DNA of 59,798 nucleotides, filler included. It is 4 parts of 4 records of this genome, joined end to end, with 100 filler letters (N's around TTAATTAATTAA, not from the genome) between each part and the next. Parts side by side here need not be neighbours in the genome. Positions count along the whole stretch, not along the records: positions 1 to 19,402 come from DRR723986_11682; positions 19,503 to 31,639 come from DRR723986_11690; 2 more parts are not named here. One strand, 5' to 3'. Made by a program: the position numbers and the translations under genes. Position 1 is the stretch's first letter, and every line of letters starts with the position of its first letter. The notes beneath the pieces were generated by a model that saw only the letters and a list, made by a program, of their open reading frames with translations, did no database searches and was not told the DNA's origin. Positions 18,494-27,864 of the stretch are shown here, piece after piece.

Positions 18494-18880
18494 ATGCCGC
18501 ACATATCGCTGGAATATTCCGCCAACCTGGAACAGCGGGCCGACATAAAGGCCCTGTGCGAGCATCTGCGTGCGCAAGCCGCGACCATCGATGCCCTTCC
18601 CATGCCCGGTCTGCGGGTGCGGGCCATACGATGCGACCACTATGCAATCGCCGACGGCGACCCGAAACATGCCTTCATCGACATTTCCGTACGCCTTCGC
18701 GCCGGACGGCCGGACGACGTCAAGCGCGACGCAGCGGAGCGTCTGTTCAAGGCCGCAAAGGCTTTCCTGGAACCGGTCCTGGTCACCAGTTCGCTCGCGC
18801 TATCGCTTGAGATGCGCGACATCGACCCGGACCTTTCGCCCAAGACGGGCACCATTCGCGACCATTTGGGGACTGTCTGA
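18494..18880 (+). CDS. hpaF: 5-carboxymethyl-2-hydroxymuconate delta-isomerase
   Basis: N-terminal catalytic Pro (MPHISLEYSANL), GLRVRA and RAGR motifs; tautomerase-family size; hpa context. Confidence 0.92.
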   Translation: MPHISLEYSANLEQRADIKALCEHLRAQAATIDALPMPGLRVRAIRCDHYAIADGDPKHAFIDISVRLRAGRPDDVKRDAAERLFKAAKAFLEPVLVTSSLALSLEMRDIDPDLSPKTGTIRDHLGTV

Positions 18881-18883
18881 CCC

Positions 18884-19402
18884 ATGTCTGACCTTCAGAA
18901 CAACATCGAAAAACTTGAGACCTACCTCGCAAGGTTCCGGGAGACCGGCGTGCTGAACCAGATCGGCGGCAAGGCCTGCCCCGCAGCCTCCGGTGCGACA
19001 TTCGAAACCACCTCCCCGGTGGACGACAGCCTGATCTGCAAGGTTGCCAGGGGGGATGCTGCCGATATCGATGCTGCAGCCAGGGCCGCCAAGGAGGCCT
19101 TTCCGGCATGGCGCGATTTGGCCGCGACGGAGCGCAAGAAAATCCTTCACAAGATTGCCGACGGCATTGTCGCCCGCGCCGAAGAAATCGCCTTTTGCGA
19201 ATGCTGGGATACCGGTCAGGCCTTGCGTTTCATGTCGAAGGCCGCCCTGCGCGGCGCCGAGAACTTCCGCTTCTTCGCTGACAAGGCGCCAGGTGCCCGC
19301 GACGGTCAGGCCCTGCCATCATCGACCCTCATGAACGTCACGACGCGTCTTCCGATCGGACCGGTCGGTGTGATCACGCCCTGGAACACGCCTTTCATGC
19401 TG
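18884..19402 (+). CDS. hpaE: 5-carboxymethyl-2-hydroxymuconate semialdehyde dehydrogenase, truncated by contig end
   Basis: ECWDTGQ, RGAENFRFFAD and GVITPWNTPFML motifs. Confidence 0.9.
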
Positions 19403-19502
19403 NNNNNNNNNNNNNNNNNNNNNNNNNNNNNNNNNNNNNNNNNNNNTTAATTAATTAANNNNNNNNNNNNNNNNNNNNNNNNNNNNNNNNNNNNNNNNNN
19501 NN
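19403..19502. other. Artificial contig spacer
   Basis: 100 nt: Ns flanking TTAATTAATTAA, which gives stops in all six frames. Confidence 0.99.
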
Positions 19503-19521
19503 CCCCGCCGATAAGGTGGGG
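19503..19521 (-). terminator. Probable terminator hairpin after the methyltransferase
   Basis: Imperfect CCCCGCC-GATAA-GGTGGGG inverted repeat about 22 nt past the stop. Any U-tract would lie beyond the contig edge. Confidence 0.4.
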
Positions 19522-19543
19522 TGTTGTCTTGCGGGCAATCGCA

Positions 19544-20326
19544 TCAGCCGGGTTTGCGCCCGCGCAGGTGATGAGGGCAATGTTCCCCGGTTTGCAGCAC
19601 CTCGATCATGGCGGTCCATGTCAGGATCTGACCGGCAATGAACTCCACCCCGTGGGCCGCCTCCAGCCGCGGGCGATCCGACCCAGAAAGAAACGCCAGT
19701 TCAGTGACGGCGACATCGCGATACCACGGGTTACGGTTGCGCAACCCAACCTCGGCGAACCCGGCAACATCCAGCGCACGACGGTAGCGATTGGGCGATG
19801 CCATGGCAAAATCCAGATCCTCGGCCTTGAGATAGGCGGTCATCTCGGCAGAGGGCGTACCATCATGCGAGATAAGCCAATCCGAAGCTGCGAACCATCC
19901 GCCGGGGCCAAGCACGCGAAACACGTCTGCGGCAAGCGCCTCCTTGTCGGGGATATGCAGGATCGAGTCCTTGGAATAGACGATGTCGAACCTGCCGGGG
20001 TCAAACGGCAGGGGCCCCGGCGTTACCAGACAGATGTCAATCCGGTCGGTCAGCCCCGCAGCATCGACCCGGCGACGCGCGGCGGCACAGACCTGGTCTT
20101 CCACGTCGATGCCCGTGACCGAGGCTGCCCCCATGTCGCGCACCAGCATCACGGCGATGGCACCGGACCCACAGCCGATATCAAGCACGTGTTTTCCGGC
20201 AACGTCGATCCCATCGAGCACTCTGGCCGCTTCCTCGGCACCGCCGGGCGAAAGAAAGCCGTCGCCCCAGATATCCTCCAGAAAGGCAATGTGCTGATCG
20301 TCGTAGAGAAGGTCACTTTCACTCAT
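19544..20326 (-). CDS. Class I SAM-dependent methyltransferase, phosphoethanolamine N-methyltransferase-like
   Basis: LEDIWGDGFLSPGG, VLDIGCGSG, FDIVYSKDSILHIPDK and LGPGG...SDW motifs; translationally coupled to the upstream Rieske gene. Confidence 0.85.
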   Translation of the reverse strand: MSESDLLYDDQHIAFLEDIWGDGFLSPGGAEEAARVLDGIDVAGKHVLDIGCGSGAIAVMLVRDMGAASVTGIDVEDQVCAAARRRVDAAGLTDRIDICLVTPGPLPFDPGRFDIVYSKDSILHIPDKEALAADVFRVLGPGGWFAASDWLISHDGTPSAEMTAYLKAEDLDFAMASPNRYRRALDVAGFAEVGLRNRNPWYRDVAVTELAFLSGSDRPRLEAAHGVEFIAGQILTWTAMIEVLQTGEHCPHHLRGRKPG

Positions 20327-21573
20327 TCACGGGTCTCCGCGTCAAGGCCAGCTTGCAGGCGCGCGGCGTAGAGATCCAGAAACCTGCGGGTATAGGCCTC
20401 CATGCCGGCAAGTTGCCCGGGTTGATAATAGCGTGACCGCACGCCTTGCTGGTTCTTTTCGATGATCAGCTTGTCCGCGAGCGTCGTGATGTCCCACAAC
20501 CAGATCAACTGTGCGAGGTCAAAGTCTCTGCCCTCAACCGCATCGTCGCGCACCAGCCAGATGATTTCCTGAATCGAGTTGTCCTTGTCGACGGGCACGA
20601 AGCGATAGATGACCATGTGGTCGCAGTAGACCAGCATCGGGTTGAAAATCCCGACATAAAGATCGCACGCCCCCCCGTCATAACCCTTGAGAGATCCCAG
20701 AAGCGGGGCAACCGGCTGCCCTGACTGGCTGCCGGTCACGTAGCCATCATGAAGCGAATGGCGGCTGGCGGTATAATCCACCGAGCCTGGCGGGCAGTCC
20801 TTTCCGACGCGGTCCACGCAATCGGTTGGAATGCCCAATTCCCGGGCGCGCGGATGCATCGCGTCGTTGAATGGCTTTACCCGGTCGGCGTCCATATGGG
20901 TGGGGTGGGTGCGCGCGAATTCGGGGTGGGCCGGAGCGCAATGGTAGCATTCGTTGTAGTTTTCGACCAACAGCTTCCAATTCGCCGCCACCGGGTAGCT
21001 GGCGCGATGCGCGATCCGGGTTTTTTCCAGCCCGAACGGGGCCAGAAGCGGCGTCAGTTCGGCGCGCATCCGGTCGAAGGCGCTTGGCTGTTCGGCGAAG
21101 GATACGAAGATCATCCCGGCGAACACCTCGACCGGTACCGGCGTCAGCCCATTGGTTGCCTTGTCGAAATCCGCCCCCATCATCCGGGCTGAAAACAGGC
21201 TGCCATCGAGATTGTAGGTCCACGCATGATAGGGGCAGGTAAAGCGCCGCGCCTTGCCGCTGTGGTCCAGGCACACGCGCGAGCCGCGATGCCGGCAGAC
21301 ATTGGCCAGCGCCCGCACCTTGCCCGCGTCGTCACGGCACAGGATCACGGATTCATCCAGCACCTCGAACAGGAAATAATCGCCAGGTTCAGGGATCTGC
21401 GTGATGTGCCCGGCGAAATGCCAGTCCGGCATGAACACATCGCGCATGTCGCGGGCGAACATTTCTTCCGAATGATAGAAATCCTGTTCCAGCGCGTGAT
21501 CCGCGCGGCGGCGGGACAGCATTGCCTGTACGTCTGGCAGCGGGCGAAGGGCGGATGTTGCAGGCCGGGTCAT
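20323..21573 (-). CDS. Rieske non-heme iron oxygenase alpha subunit (GbcA/Stc2/choline monooxygenase-like)
   Basis: Rieske CRHRGS...CPYHAW; mononuclear Fe site NYNECYHCAPAHPE; distal Asp in DKLIIEKNQQG. Alternative TTG start at 21579. Confidence 0.92.
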   Translation of the reverse strand: MTRPATSALRPLPDVQAMLSRRRADHALEQDFYHSEEMFARDMRDVFMPDWHFAGHITQIPEPGDYFLFEVLDESVILCRDDAGKVRALANVCRHRGSRVCLDHSGKARRFTCPYHAWTYNLDGSLFSARMMGADFDKATNGLTPVPVEVFAGMIFVSFAEQPSAFDRMRAELTPLLAPFGLEKTRIAHRASYPVAANWKLLVENYNECYHCAPAHPEFARTHPTHMDADRVKPFNDAMHPRARELGIPTDCVDRVGKDCPPGSVDYTASRHSLHDGYVTGSQSGQPVAPLLGSLKGYDGGACDLYVGIFNPMLVYCDHMVIYRFVPVDKDNSIQEIIWLVRDDAVEGRDFDLAQLIWLWDITTLADKLIIEKNQQGVRSRYYQPGQLAGMEAYTRRFLDLYAARLQAGLDAETRE

Positions 21574-21588
21574 GGGCAATTGGTCCTC

Positions 21589-22692
21589 TTACTCGAACAG
21601 GATGATCGAGTCAGCGCCCCAGCCAACCGACATCCTGCTGCCTGCCGGGGCGATCTGGCGTCCGGCTGTGTTGCGCATCGAGATTGTCACGGTGGTCTCT
21701 GCCCCTGCCAACTTGACCCCGTAATAGGTCATGTCCCCGTAATAGGAGGAGGACACGACCTCTGCATCGGTGCGACGTTCGGAATGGTCGTCTCCCTCGA
21801 AAAGCAGGGTGAACATCTCGGGGCGCACCCCCACATTCGTCACTTGGGCATCGGTCAGGGTGGCGGGCACATTGTCCAACGGCACCTCGCACGGGCCAAG
21901 CGCAGCGATGTCCAGCGACAGATGGGTCGCGCTGCGTCCGGTCACTTTGGCATCAAGGAAGTTCATGACGCCGATGAACGACGCGACCCGGCGGTTTCCC
22001 GGGCGCCGGTAAAGTTCCTGCGGGCTGGCCAGCTGCGCGATTTCACCGTCGAACATCACGGCGATGCGGTCGGACATGATCATCGCTTCTTCCTGATCAT
22101 GGGTAATCAGCACGAAGGTGATGCCAATCGACTGCTGCAACTCTCTCAGTTCGACCTGCATCTGTTCACGCAGTTTCTTGTCGAGCGCCGACAAGGGTTC
22201 GTCGAGCAGGATCACCTTGGGGCGCAGAACCAGGGCTCGTGCCAGGGCCACACGCTGGCGTTGTCCGCCGGACAACTCATGCGCCGCACGCCCGCCATAC
22301 CCGGCCAGATCAACCATCGCCAGGGCCTTGTCGACCTCGGTTTTTATCTGGTCTTTGGGCATCTTGCGGGCTTTCAGACCGTAGCCGACATTGTCGAAGA
22401 CGCTCAGATGCGGAAAGATCGCGTAGTTCTGGAACACCATGTTGGTGGGCCTGCGATTGGCCGGGATGCCCGCCATCGGCTTGCCGTCGATCTCTATCGA
22501 CCCCGAGCTTGGATCGTCAAAGCCAGAGATCAGGCGCAAAAGCGTTGTCTTGCCACATCCTGACGGACCAAGGATCGAAAAGAACTCGCCCTCGTTCACC
22601 GCCATGTCGATTCCGCGCAAGGCCTCTACCGCGCCGAAGGATTTCCTGACGCTGGTCAGCGTAATGATGGGTTTTTGTCGCGTGCTCGTCAT
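21589..22692 (-). CDS. ABC transporter ATP-binding protein, PotA family
   Basis: GPSGCGKTT, VFQNYAIFPHL, LSGGQRQRVALARAL, LLDEPLSALD and a C-terminal TOBE domain. Start moved to the ATG at 22692. Confidence 0.93.
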   Translation of the reverse strand: MTSTRQKPIITLTSVRKSFGAVEALRGIDMAVNEGEFFSILGPSGCGKTTLLRLISGFDDPSSGSIEIDGKPMAGIPANRRPTNMVFQNYAIFPHLSVFDNVGYGLKARKMPKDQIKTEVDKALAMVDLAGYGGRAAHELSGGQRQRVALARALVLRPKVILLDEPLSALDKKLREQMQVELRELQQSIGITFVLITHDQEEAMIMSDRIAVMFDGEIAQLASPQELYRRPGNRRVASFIGVMNFLDAKVTGRSATHLSLDIAALGPCEVPLDNVPATLTDAQVTNVGVRPEMFTLLFEGDDHSERRTDAEVVSSSYYGDMTYYGVKLAGAETTVTISMRNTAGRQIAPAGSRMSVGWGADSIILFE

Positions 22693-22694
22693 GC

Positions 22695-23528
22695 TCAGAT
22701 CAGGCCCCCGGCGGATGCGTCGTTCAATCCGCGTTTCGTTGCAGCGCGCCGCCGCACCCATTCCCCAAGCACCAGCATCAGGATCGAGAGCGACAGAAGG
22801 ATCGTCCCGAGCGCCATGATCGAGGGCAACTTGGCCGGGAAGCGCAGTTGGCTCCAGATATAGACGGGCAGGGTGACATCCGTGCCGGTCAGAAAGAACG
22901 CGATGATGAATTCGTCGAGCGAGATGGTAAAGCAGATCAGCATGCTCGAAATCATGCCCGGCAGAACCAGCGGCAGGGTGACCCGGCGAAACGTGCCCCA
23001 CCGGCTTTCGCCGAGATCGTAGGACGCCTCTTCAAGGGTGCGGTCCAGCCCGCTGTAGGCGGAATTCAGGATGGCGATAGAGAATGGCACGCAGATCAGC
23101 ACATGCCCGGCCACAACCGTCCAAAGCGACAGGGAAAGGCCCAGTTGCATCAGCATCACCAGCAATGCCACCGCTACGATGATTTCCGGCAACACCAGCG
23201 GCAGCATGATGAAACCGACAATCCCGCCTTTCGCCGGAAAGCGGTATCGCGCAATGGCCCGCGCAGCGCACGCCCCCAGGATGGTGCTCATCACCGCGGT
23301 GGTGAAGCTGACGAACAGGCTGTTGCGCACGGCACTGTGCAGCGCCTCGGTTTCCCACAGCACCGTGAACCAGTTGGTGGTAAAGCCCGAAAGGGGAAAG
23401 GCGATGATTGTCGCATCGTTGAAGGCAAACATTGGCAGCAGCACGACGGGGGCATAGAGGAAGATGATGAACCCGACAGCGTAGACAGTCAGCCAGTTTC
23501 CAGAGAGAGCACGAGACAGCCTGATCAT
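22695..23528 (-). CDS. ABC transporter permease, PotC family
   Basis: FLYAP, PLSGFTTNWF, LEEASYDLG (EAA motif), SLDEF and TLPVYIWS. Confidence 0.92.
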   Translation of the reverse strand: MIRLSRALSGNWLTVYAVGFIIFLYAPVVLLPMFAFNDATIIAFPLSGFTTNWFTVLWETEALHSAVRNSLFVSFTTAVMSTILGACAARAIARYRFPAKGGIVGFIMLPLVLPEIIVAVALLVMLMQLGLSLSLWTVVAGHVLICVPFSIAILNSAYSGLDRTLEEASYDLGESRWGTFRRVTLPLVLPGMISSMLICFTISLDEFIIAFFLTGTDVTLPVYIWSQLRFPAKLPSIMALGTILLSLSILMLVLGEWVRRRAATKRGLNDASAGGLI

Positions 23529-24385
23529 TCGACCCGCCCCCCGAATTTGCGCCCGGCCAGATAGACGCACACGGCGATCACGCTGACCACCACCATCGAA
23601 ATGATGGCAAGCGCCGCCCCAAGCGGCGCATTGTTGGCCCGGCCCATCTGAACCTGGATCATGTTGGCGATCATCAACCCGTCCGTACCGCCGACCAGCT
23701 TGGGGGTGATGAAATCCCCAACCGTCGGGATCAGGACAATGATTGTCGCCGCGACAACGCCCGGCATCACCAGCGGCAGGGTGACCCGAAAGAACCGGCG
23801 CACCGGTCCATCCCCAAGGTCTTCCGCCGCTTCCAGCAAGGATCTGTCGATCTTTTCCATCGCGACGAAGATGGGCAGGATCGCAAAAGGCGCCCAGGCA
23901 TGAGCCAGGGTAATGACCACCGCATTGGCGTTGTACAGAATGAATGTCAGTGGTTCGTCAATCAGGCCGACCCCCTGCAAAGCCGAATTCAACACCCCGT
24001 TATAGCCAAGGATCACCTTCCACAGAAACACGCGCAGCAGGTAACTGGTCCAGAACGGAACGGTGATCAGGAACAGCCACAGCGTCTTGCGGCGCTTGAC
24101 CTTGAAGGACAGGAAGTAGGCCATCGGAAAGGCCAGCAGGACCGTTACAGCCGTGACCACCAACGAGATCACAAGCGATCTCAGCATGAGCACCCGGTAG
24201 ATCGGCTGGCCAAAGGCCTCGCGGTAGTTTTCGAGCGTCAGGGTGGTGTCGATATCCAGATAGTCCTGGGTCCAGAAACTGAAGGTGATCACCATTGCCA
24301 GCGGTGCCGCCAGCATGATGAGGGCGTAAACCAGGGGAGGGCCGATCAGGGTCAGTCCCTGCCTTGTTTCGCCGCCAGACCTCAT
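23525..24385 (-). CDS. ABC transporter permease, PotB family
   Basis: PFWTSYLLR, NGVLN, LLEAAEDLG and GDFITPKLVGG. Confidence 0.92.
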   Translation of the reverse strand: MRSGGETRQGLTLIGPPLVYALIMLAAPLAMVITFSFWTQDYLDIDTTLTLENYREAFGQPIYRVLMLRSLVISLVVTAVTVLLAFPMAYFLSFKVKRRKTLWLFLITVPFWTSYLLRVFLWKVILGYNGVLNSALQGVGLIDEPLTFILYNANAVVITLAHAWAPFAILPIFVAMEKIDRSLLEAAEDLGDGPVRRFFRVTLPLVMPGVVAATIIVLIPTVGDFITPKLVGGTDGLMIANMIQVQMGRANNAPLGAALAIISMVVVSVIAVCVYLAGRKFGGRVE

Positions 24386-24437
24386 GGCTCAACCCAGGTG
24401 AATGCGATTTCGGCGTGGCTGACGTTTTGGCGCATCG

Positions 24438-25637
24438 TCACGTACCGTCGCCGATCAGCTCGGCATTTCGATGCCGCAGGACACCGGGCGCCGGTTCGTC
24501 CTCGTTGAGTACGGGGAACAGGCGGCGCAGCTCGTCATGATAGCTGCGCACTCCGTTTTCCAGGTCCGACAGGATGACCCCGTCGAAGCCGCTGGAAAAT
24601 GCCGCTTCCCAACACCATTCGATCAGCTGTTCATCCTCTTTCGTGGTAATGCGGTCGATCCGGCCGCTCAGATAGCGCGCGACACGCATCTGACGATCTT
24701 CGTCAGGTCGTTTGTAACACGCCCCGCGCTGGATAGTGTGGCCATTTTCGATCGGGAACTCGTGATAGTAGATCACTGAATCCGGGTAGAGCCCGAACAC
24801 CAGGTTCGGGAACACCCCGATATAGAGCCAGGCCCGCTTGTGATTGTCATCCATGCGAGGAACGTCGGGTAGCAGCTTCTTGTAGTTGCGCACGCTCCAC
24901 AGGCGGCTATCGGCCTCGCGGAACGTCGAAAAGGACCGGCTGGTGCCGCTGTCGAATGGTTCGTCGAAATAGTTGCTGCCGAACAGGTCATGCAGGCCGG
25001 GATGGGCCATAGGAACGTGATAGCCTTCGTTGTCCACATCCCGGACGCATTTCCAGTTGGCCTTCACATCCTCGATCCAGATGCCGTTCCCGTCGGGCTC
25101 CAGCGCGGCAAGATCGTACTGCGCGATCTCATTATCGAACTTCGCCAGCACCTGTGACAGGGGCGGCTGCGGACCGGGCTTGAACCGCACGAAAACAAAG
25201 CCGTTCCAGATGTCCATTTCGATCGGTTTCAGACCCCACTTTACCGGGTCGAGATCGGGCAGGGTGGCGGGCATGGCCGCGCCGCGCAAGGTGCCGTCGA
25301 GATTGTAGGCCCACCCGTGAAACGGGCAGATGATTGCCGACCGGCAATGGCCCTTGTCATCTGCGACCACGCGCGATCCACGGTGGCGACACAGGTTGTG
25401 AAAGGCGCGCACCACCCCATCCTGACCACGCAAGACAAGCGCCCGTTCTCCGACCATGTCCAGGGCGATGTAGTCGCCCGGCTCGGGCAGGTCGTTCTCG
25501 TGGCAGACCAATTGCCAGTGCCGCCGAAAGAGCTGCTCTTTCTCTTCTTCCAGCATCTCCTTGCTGAAATAGCTCCAGGCTGGCAGGCCGCCGCGATCCC
25601 AGTCGTTCCCAGTTACGTCGGTGTTGCCATCTGCCAT
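24438..25637 (-). CDS. Second Rieske non-heme iron oxygenase alpha subunit (quaternary-amine oxygenase group)
   Basis: CRHRGS...CPFHGW, ANWKCVRDVDNEGYHVPMAHPGL and EDEQL. Start moved to the ATG at 25637. Confidence 0.9.
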   Translation of the reverse strand: MADGNTDVTGNDWDRGGLPAWSYFSKEMLEEEKEQLFRRHWQLVCHENDLPEPGDYIALDMVGERALVLRGQDGVVRAFHNLCRHRGSRVVADDKGHCRSAIICPFHGWAYNLDGTLRGAAMPATLPDLDPVKWGLKPIEMDIWNGFVFVRFKPGPQPPLSQVLAKFDNEIAQYDLAALEPDGNGIWIEDVKANWKCVRDVDNEGYHVPMAHPGLHDLFGSNYFDEPFDSGTSRSFSTFREADSRLWSVRNYKKLLPDVPRMDDNHKRAWLYIGVFPNLVFGLYPDSVIYYHEFPIENGHTIQRGACYKRPDEDRQMRVARYLSGRIDRITTKEDEQLIEWCWEAAFSSGFDGVILSDLENGVRSYHDELRRLFPVLNEDEPAPGVLRHRNAELIGDGT

Positions 25638-25682
25638 CTTGCGCCGTCCTTCTGCTGTCCGTGGAAGCGTAGCAAGAAATAT

Positions 25683-25694
25683 TTGAGCGCTCAA
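25683..25694. promoter_or_regulatory. Perfect palindrome TTGAGCGCTCAA; candidate BetI/TetR-type operator
   Basis: 12-bp perfect palindrome in a short AT-rich patch about 46 nt upstream of the Rieske ATG. Confidence 0.55.
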
Positions 25695-25857
25695 TTAAAT
25701 TTTACGAAGCCGGTTTCGGGCCTTGGGTCAGCTAACTCTGCCTGGACCGGACATGGGCAGGGGTAAGCTTGGAGGTTTCAGGGGGGTGTCAGTCCGATAT
25801 GTGCAGGTCTGCGTCTTCGGATCCTGGTACTTCTCCAGTCCGATCGGACATCCGCGA

Positions 25858-26544
25858 TCAGCCGCCTCCCAGGGCGAAGGGCGCGGACCGGTGTGCAAGG
25901 GCCGCGAGGATGGCCGATGCAACAGGATGGGGCCCCGGTCGGTCAAAGCGCACCTCGCTGCGCAGCGTCTGCCCCGGCATCACGAAGCGCGCCGCAATGC
26001 GGTGCGGCCCTTCCGCTTCCGTGGACCGGATCGTGACCTTGGTGGCGGCGATCCCCGGACCGCACAAGGCCGCTGCCATGGCCGTATTCAGGTGATCTGG
26101 AAACCGTGCTGCGGCGTCGGCCAGAGGGCCACGGAAAACCACCCCGGGCCGATCCGCCAACCCCGGTGCGGATTGCCGGATGAAGAGTTGCGCGGGCAGG
26201 CCGGGCGGGCAGATTGTCGGGCCAGAAATCCAGCCTGTGAACAGATGCATCCGATTGCCGGTGCTGCGCATCAACGCCAGCAGATCGTCGCGCAGGGCTG
26301 GGTCGATCAGGGCAGCAGCACCAACGGTCCACAAGGCACCATGACAAAGCGCGCGGGCCCCAAAGCGGCGCAATGCCTGCGGGCCAGCGGTGTCAATGGT
26401 GATGTCAGCGGCAGGCAGATTGCGTGCATCCCGTCCAAGCACGTCGAGCAGCTGATAGCCGGGCAGGCCGCGCAATCCCTCTGCGACGCAAGACCCGATC
26501 CGGCCCCGTCCGATGAGCGTGATGGTTGTGGGGGCGCACTGCAT
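25858..26544 (-). CDS. Aspartate dehydrogenase-like (NadX/DUF108) Rossmann protein, divergent
   Basis: N-terminal ITLIGRGRIG, IDTAGPQAL and C-terminal VVFRGPLADAAARFPDHLNTAMAAALCGPG...PHRI resemble DUF108. Confidence 0.65.
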   Translation of the reverse strand: MQCAPTTITLIGRGRIGSCVAEGLRGLPGYQLLDVLGRDARNLPAADITIDTAGPQALRRFGARALCHGALWTVGAAALIDPALRDDLLALMRSTGNRMHLFTGWISGPTICPPGLPAQLFIRQSAPGLADRPGVVFRGPLADAAARFPDHLNTAMAAALCGPGIAATKVTIRSTEAEGPHRIAARFVMPGQTLRSEVRFDRPGPHPVASAILAALAHRSAPFALGGG

Positions 26545-26559
26545 GGTCAGCGTGCAGAC

Positions 26560-26589
26560 GCCCCGCCCCAGATGACATGGGGGCGGGGC
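26560..26589 (-). terminator. Stem-loop after the substrate-binding protein gene
   Basis: GCCCCGCCCC-N10-GGGGCGGGGC inverted repeat. Confidence 0.55.
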
Positions 26590-26597
26590 AAGCAGGG

Positions 26598-27857
26598 TTA
26601 CTGGATGGACATCATGAAGCCCGACACTTCCTCCAGCGAGATGTAGCGCTGCTCGGTCATGCCGCTGTCATCGAAGACCCAGGACACGGCCGGGGCCGAC
26701 ACGTTGCCGTTGGGGTCGAAGGTCACCGCGCCGGTTGCGCCTTGATAGGACACCGACCCGCCTTCGGACAGAACCGCCATTGCGCGGGCAAAGCCTTCGA
26801 CCGTGGCGGGGATCGCCTCGCCATCGGGGTCGGTGACACGCGGCACCTGCGCGGCGATATCCGCGCCGGTCGCATCACGGCCTGCCGCGTGATAGGCCAG
26901 CAGAGCAATGGCTGCCGCGTCAAAGCTGTTCGACAGGCCCGGGCCACTGGGGGCGGACCCGAAATGCGCGGCATAGGCATCGACGAAGGCCTCGGCGCTC
27001 GGAACGCGGGGGCTGGACGTGTCGGTGCCGACGAAGTCACCCAGATTGTCCAGACCAACAGCGGTGCGGAAGTCATCCGACCGCAGCGAATTGGCGCCGA
27101 TCATGACCGAGGTGCCACCAAGGCCAATCCATTCCCGCACGAAGGAAATCCCCTCGGTCGGGTAGAGCGCGAGGTAAAGCGCACCGGGCTGATCGCGCAA
27201 CGCTTGCGTGGCCTCTGCGCGATAGCTTGGCTGCGCGTCGTTAAGCGCGATCGAGGCATGAACCTCGATCCCCACAGCTTCGAACGCGGCGACAGCCATG
27301 CGACCGATATCCTGCCCCCAGTCATCGTTCTTGTAGACGACGGTGATGCTTTCGATCCCGGCATCGCGCGCCAGCATGGCGGCAACCGCCGCCTGCACGT
27401 CCGCCGTTGCGAAGGTGCGGAACCACAGCCCGCGTGCTTCGCCCGACGCGGCGATTTCCGTCAGACGGGTCGAGGACGAGCAGCACGACATCTGCATGAC
27501 GCCCGCAGGCGCGGTGACCGAGGTCAGGATCGGAATGGTGATGCCCGAGGACACGGTGCCGATCAGCAATTGCACCTGGTCGATATCGACAAGCGCGCGC
27601 GCCGCATCGACGCCGACGCGGCCATCATTCTGATCGTCACGCAGGATCATGTTGACGTCGCAGCCGTCAACTCCGCCTGCTTCGTTGATCATTTCACCGA
27701 CCCAGAGAGCCGTCTCTGCAATCGGGCGGCCCCAGTCCACCGAGGTCGGGTACAGCGTGCCGACATTGACACTACAATCTTGCGCGAGCGCGGTGCCCGC
27801 CTGAAGGCCGATCGCCAGGGCCGAGGCTCCGGCGAGTCCGAGAATATACCGTTTCAT
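26598..27857 (-). CDS. ABC transporter substrate-binding protein, branched-chain amino acid (Liv/HAAT) family
   Basis: Signal peptide, INEAGGVDG, FRT...D, NDDWG and YQGATGAVTFDPNGN. Confidence 0.9.
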   Translation of the reverse strand: MKRYILGLAGASALAIGLQAGTALAQDCSVNVGTLYPTSVDWGRPIAETALWVGEMINEAGGVDGCDVNMILRDDQNDGRVGVDAARALVDIDQVQLLIGTVSSGITIPILTSVTAPAGVMQMSCCSSSTRLTEIAASGEARGLWFRTFATADVQAAVAAMLARDAGIESITVVYKNDDWGQDIGRMAVAAFEAVGIEVHASIALNDAQPSYRAEATQALRDQPGALYLALYPTEGISFVREWIGLGGTSVMIGANSLRSDDFRTAVGLDNLGDFVGTDTSSPRVPSAEAFVDAYAAHFGSAPSGPGLSNSFDAAAIALLAYHAAGRDATGADIAAQVPRVTDPDGEAIPATVEGFARAMAVLSEGGSVSYQGATGAVTFDPNGNVSAPAVSWVFDDSGMTEQRYISLEEVSGFMMSIQ

Positions 27858-27864
27858 GGTCAGA

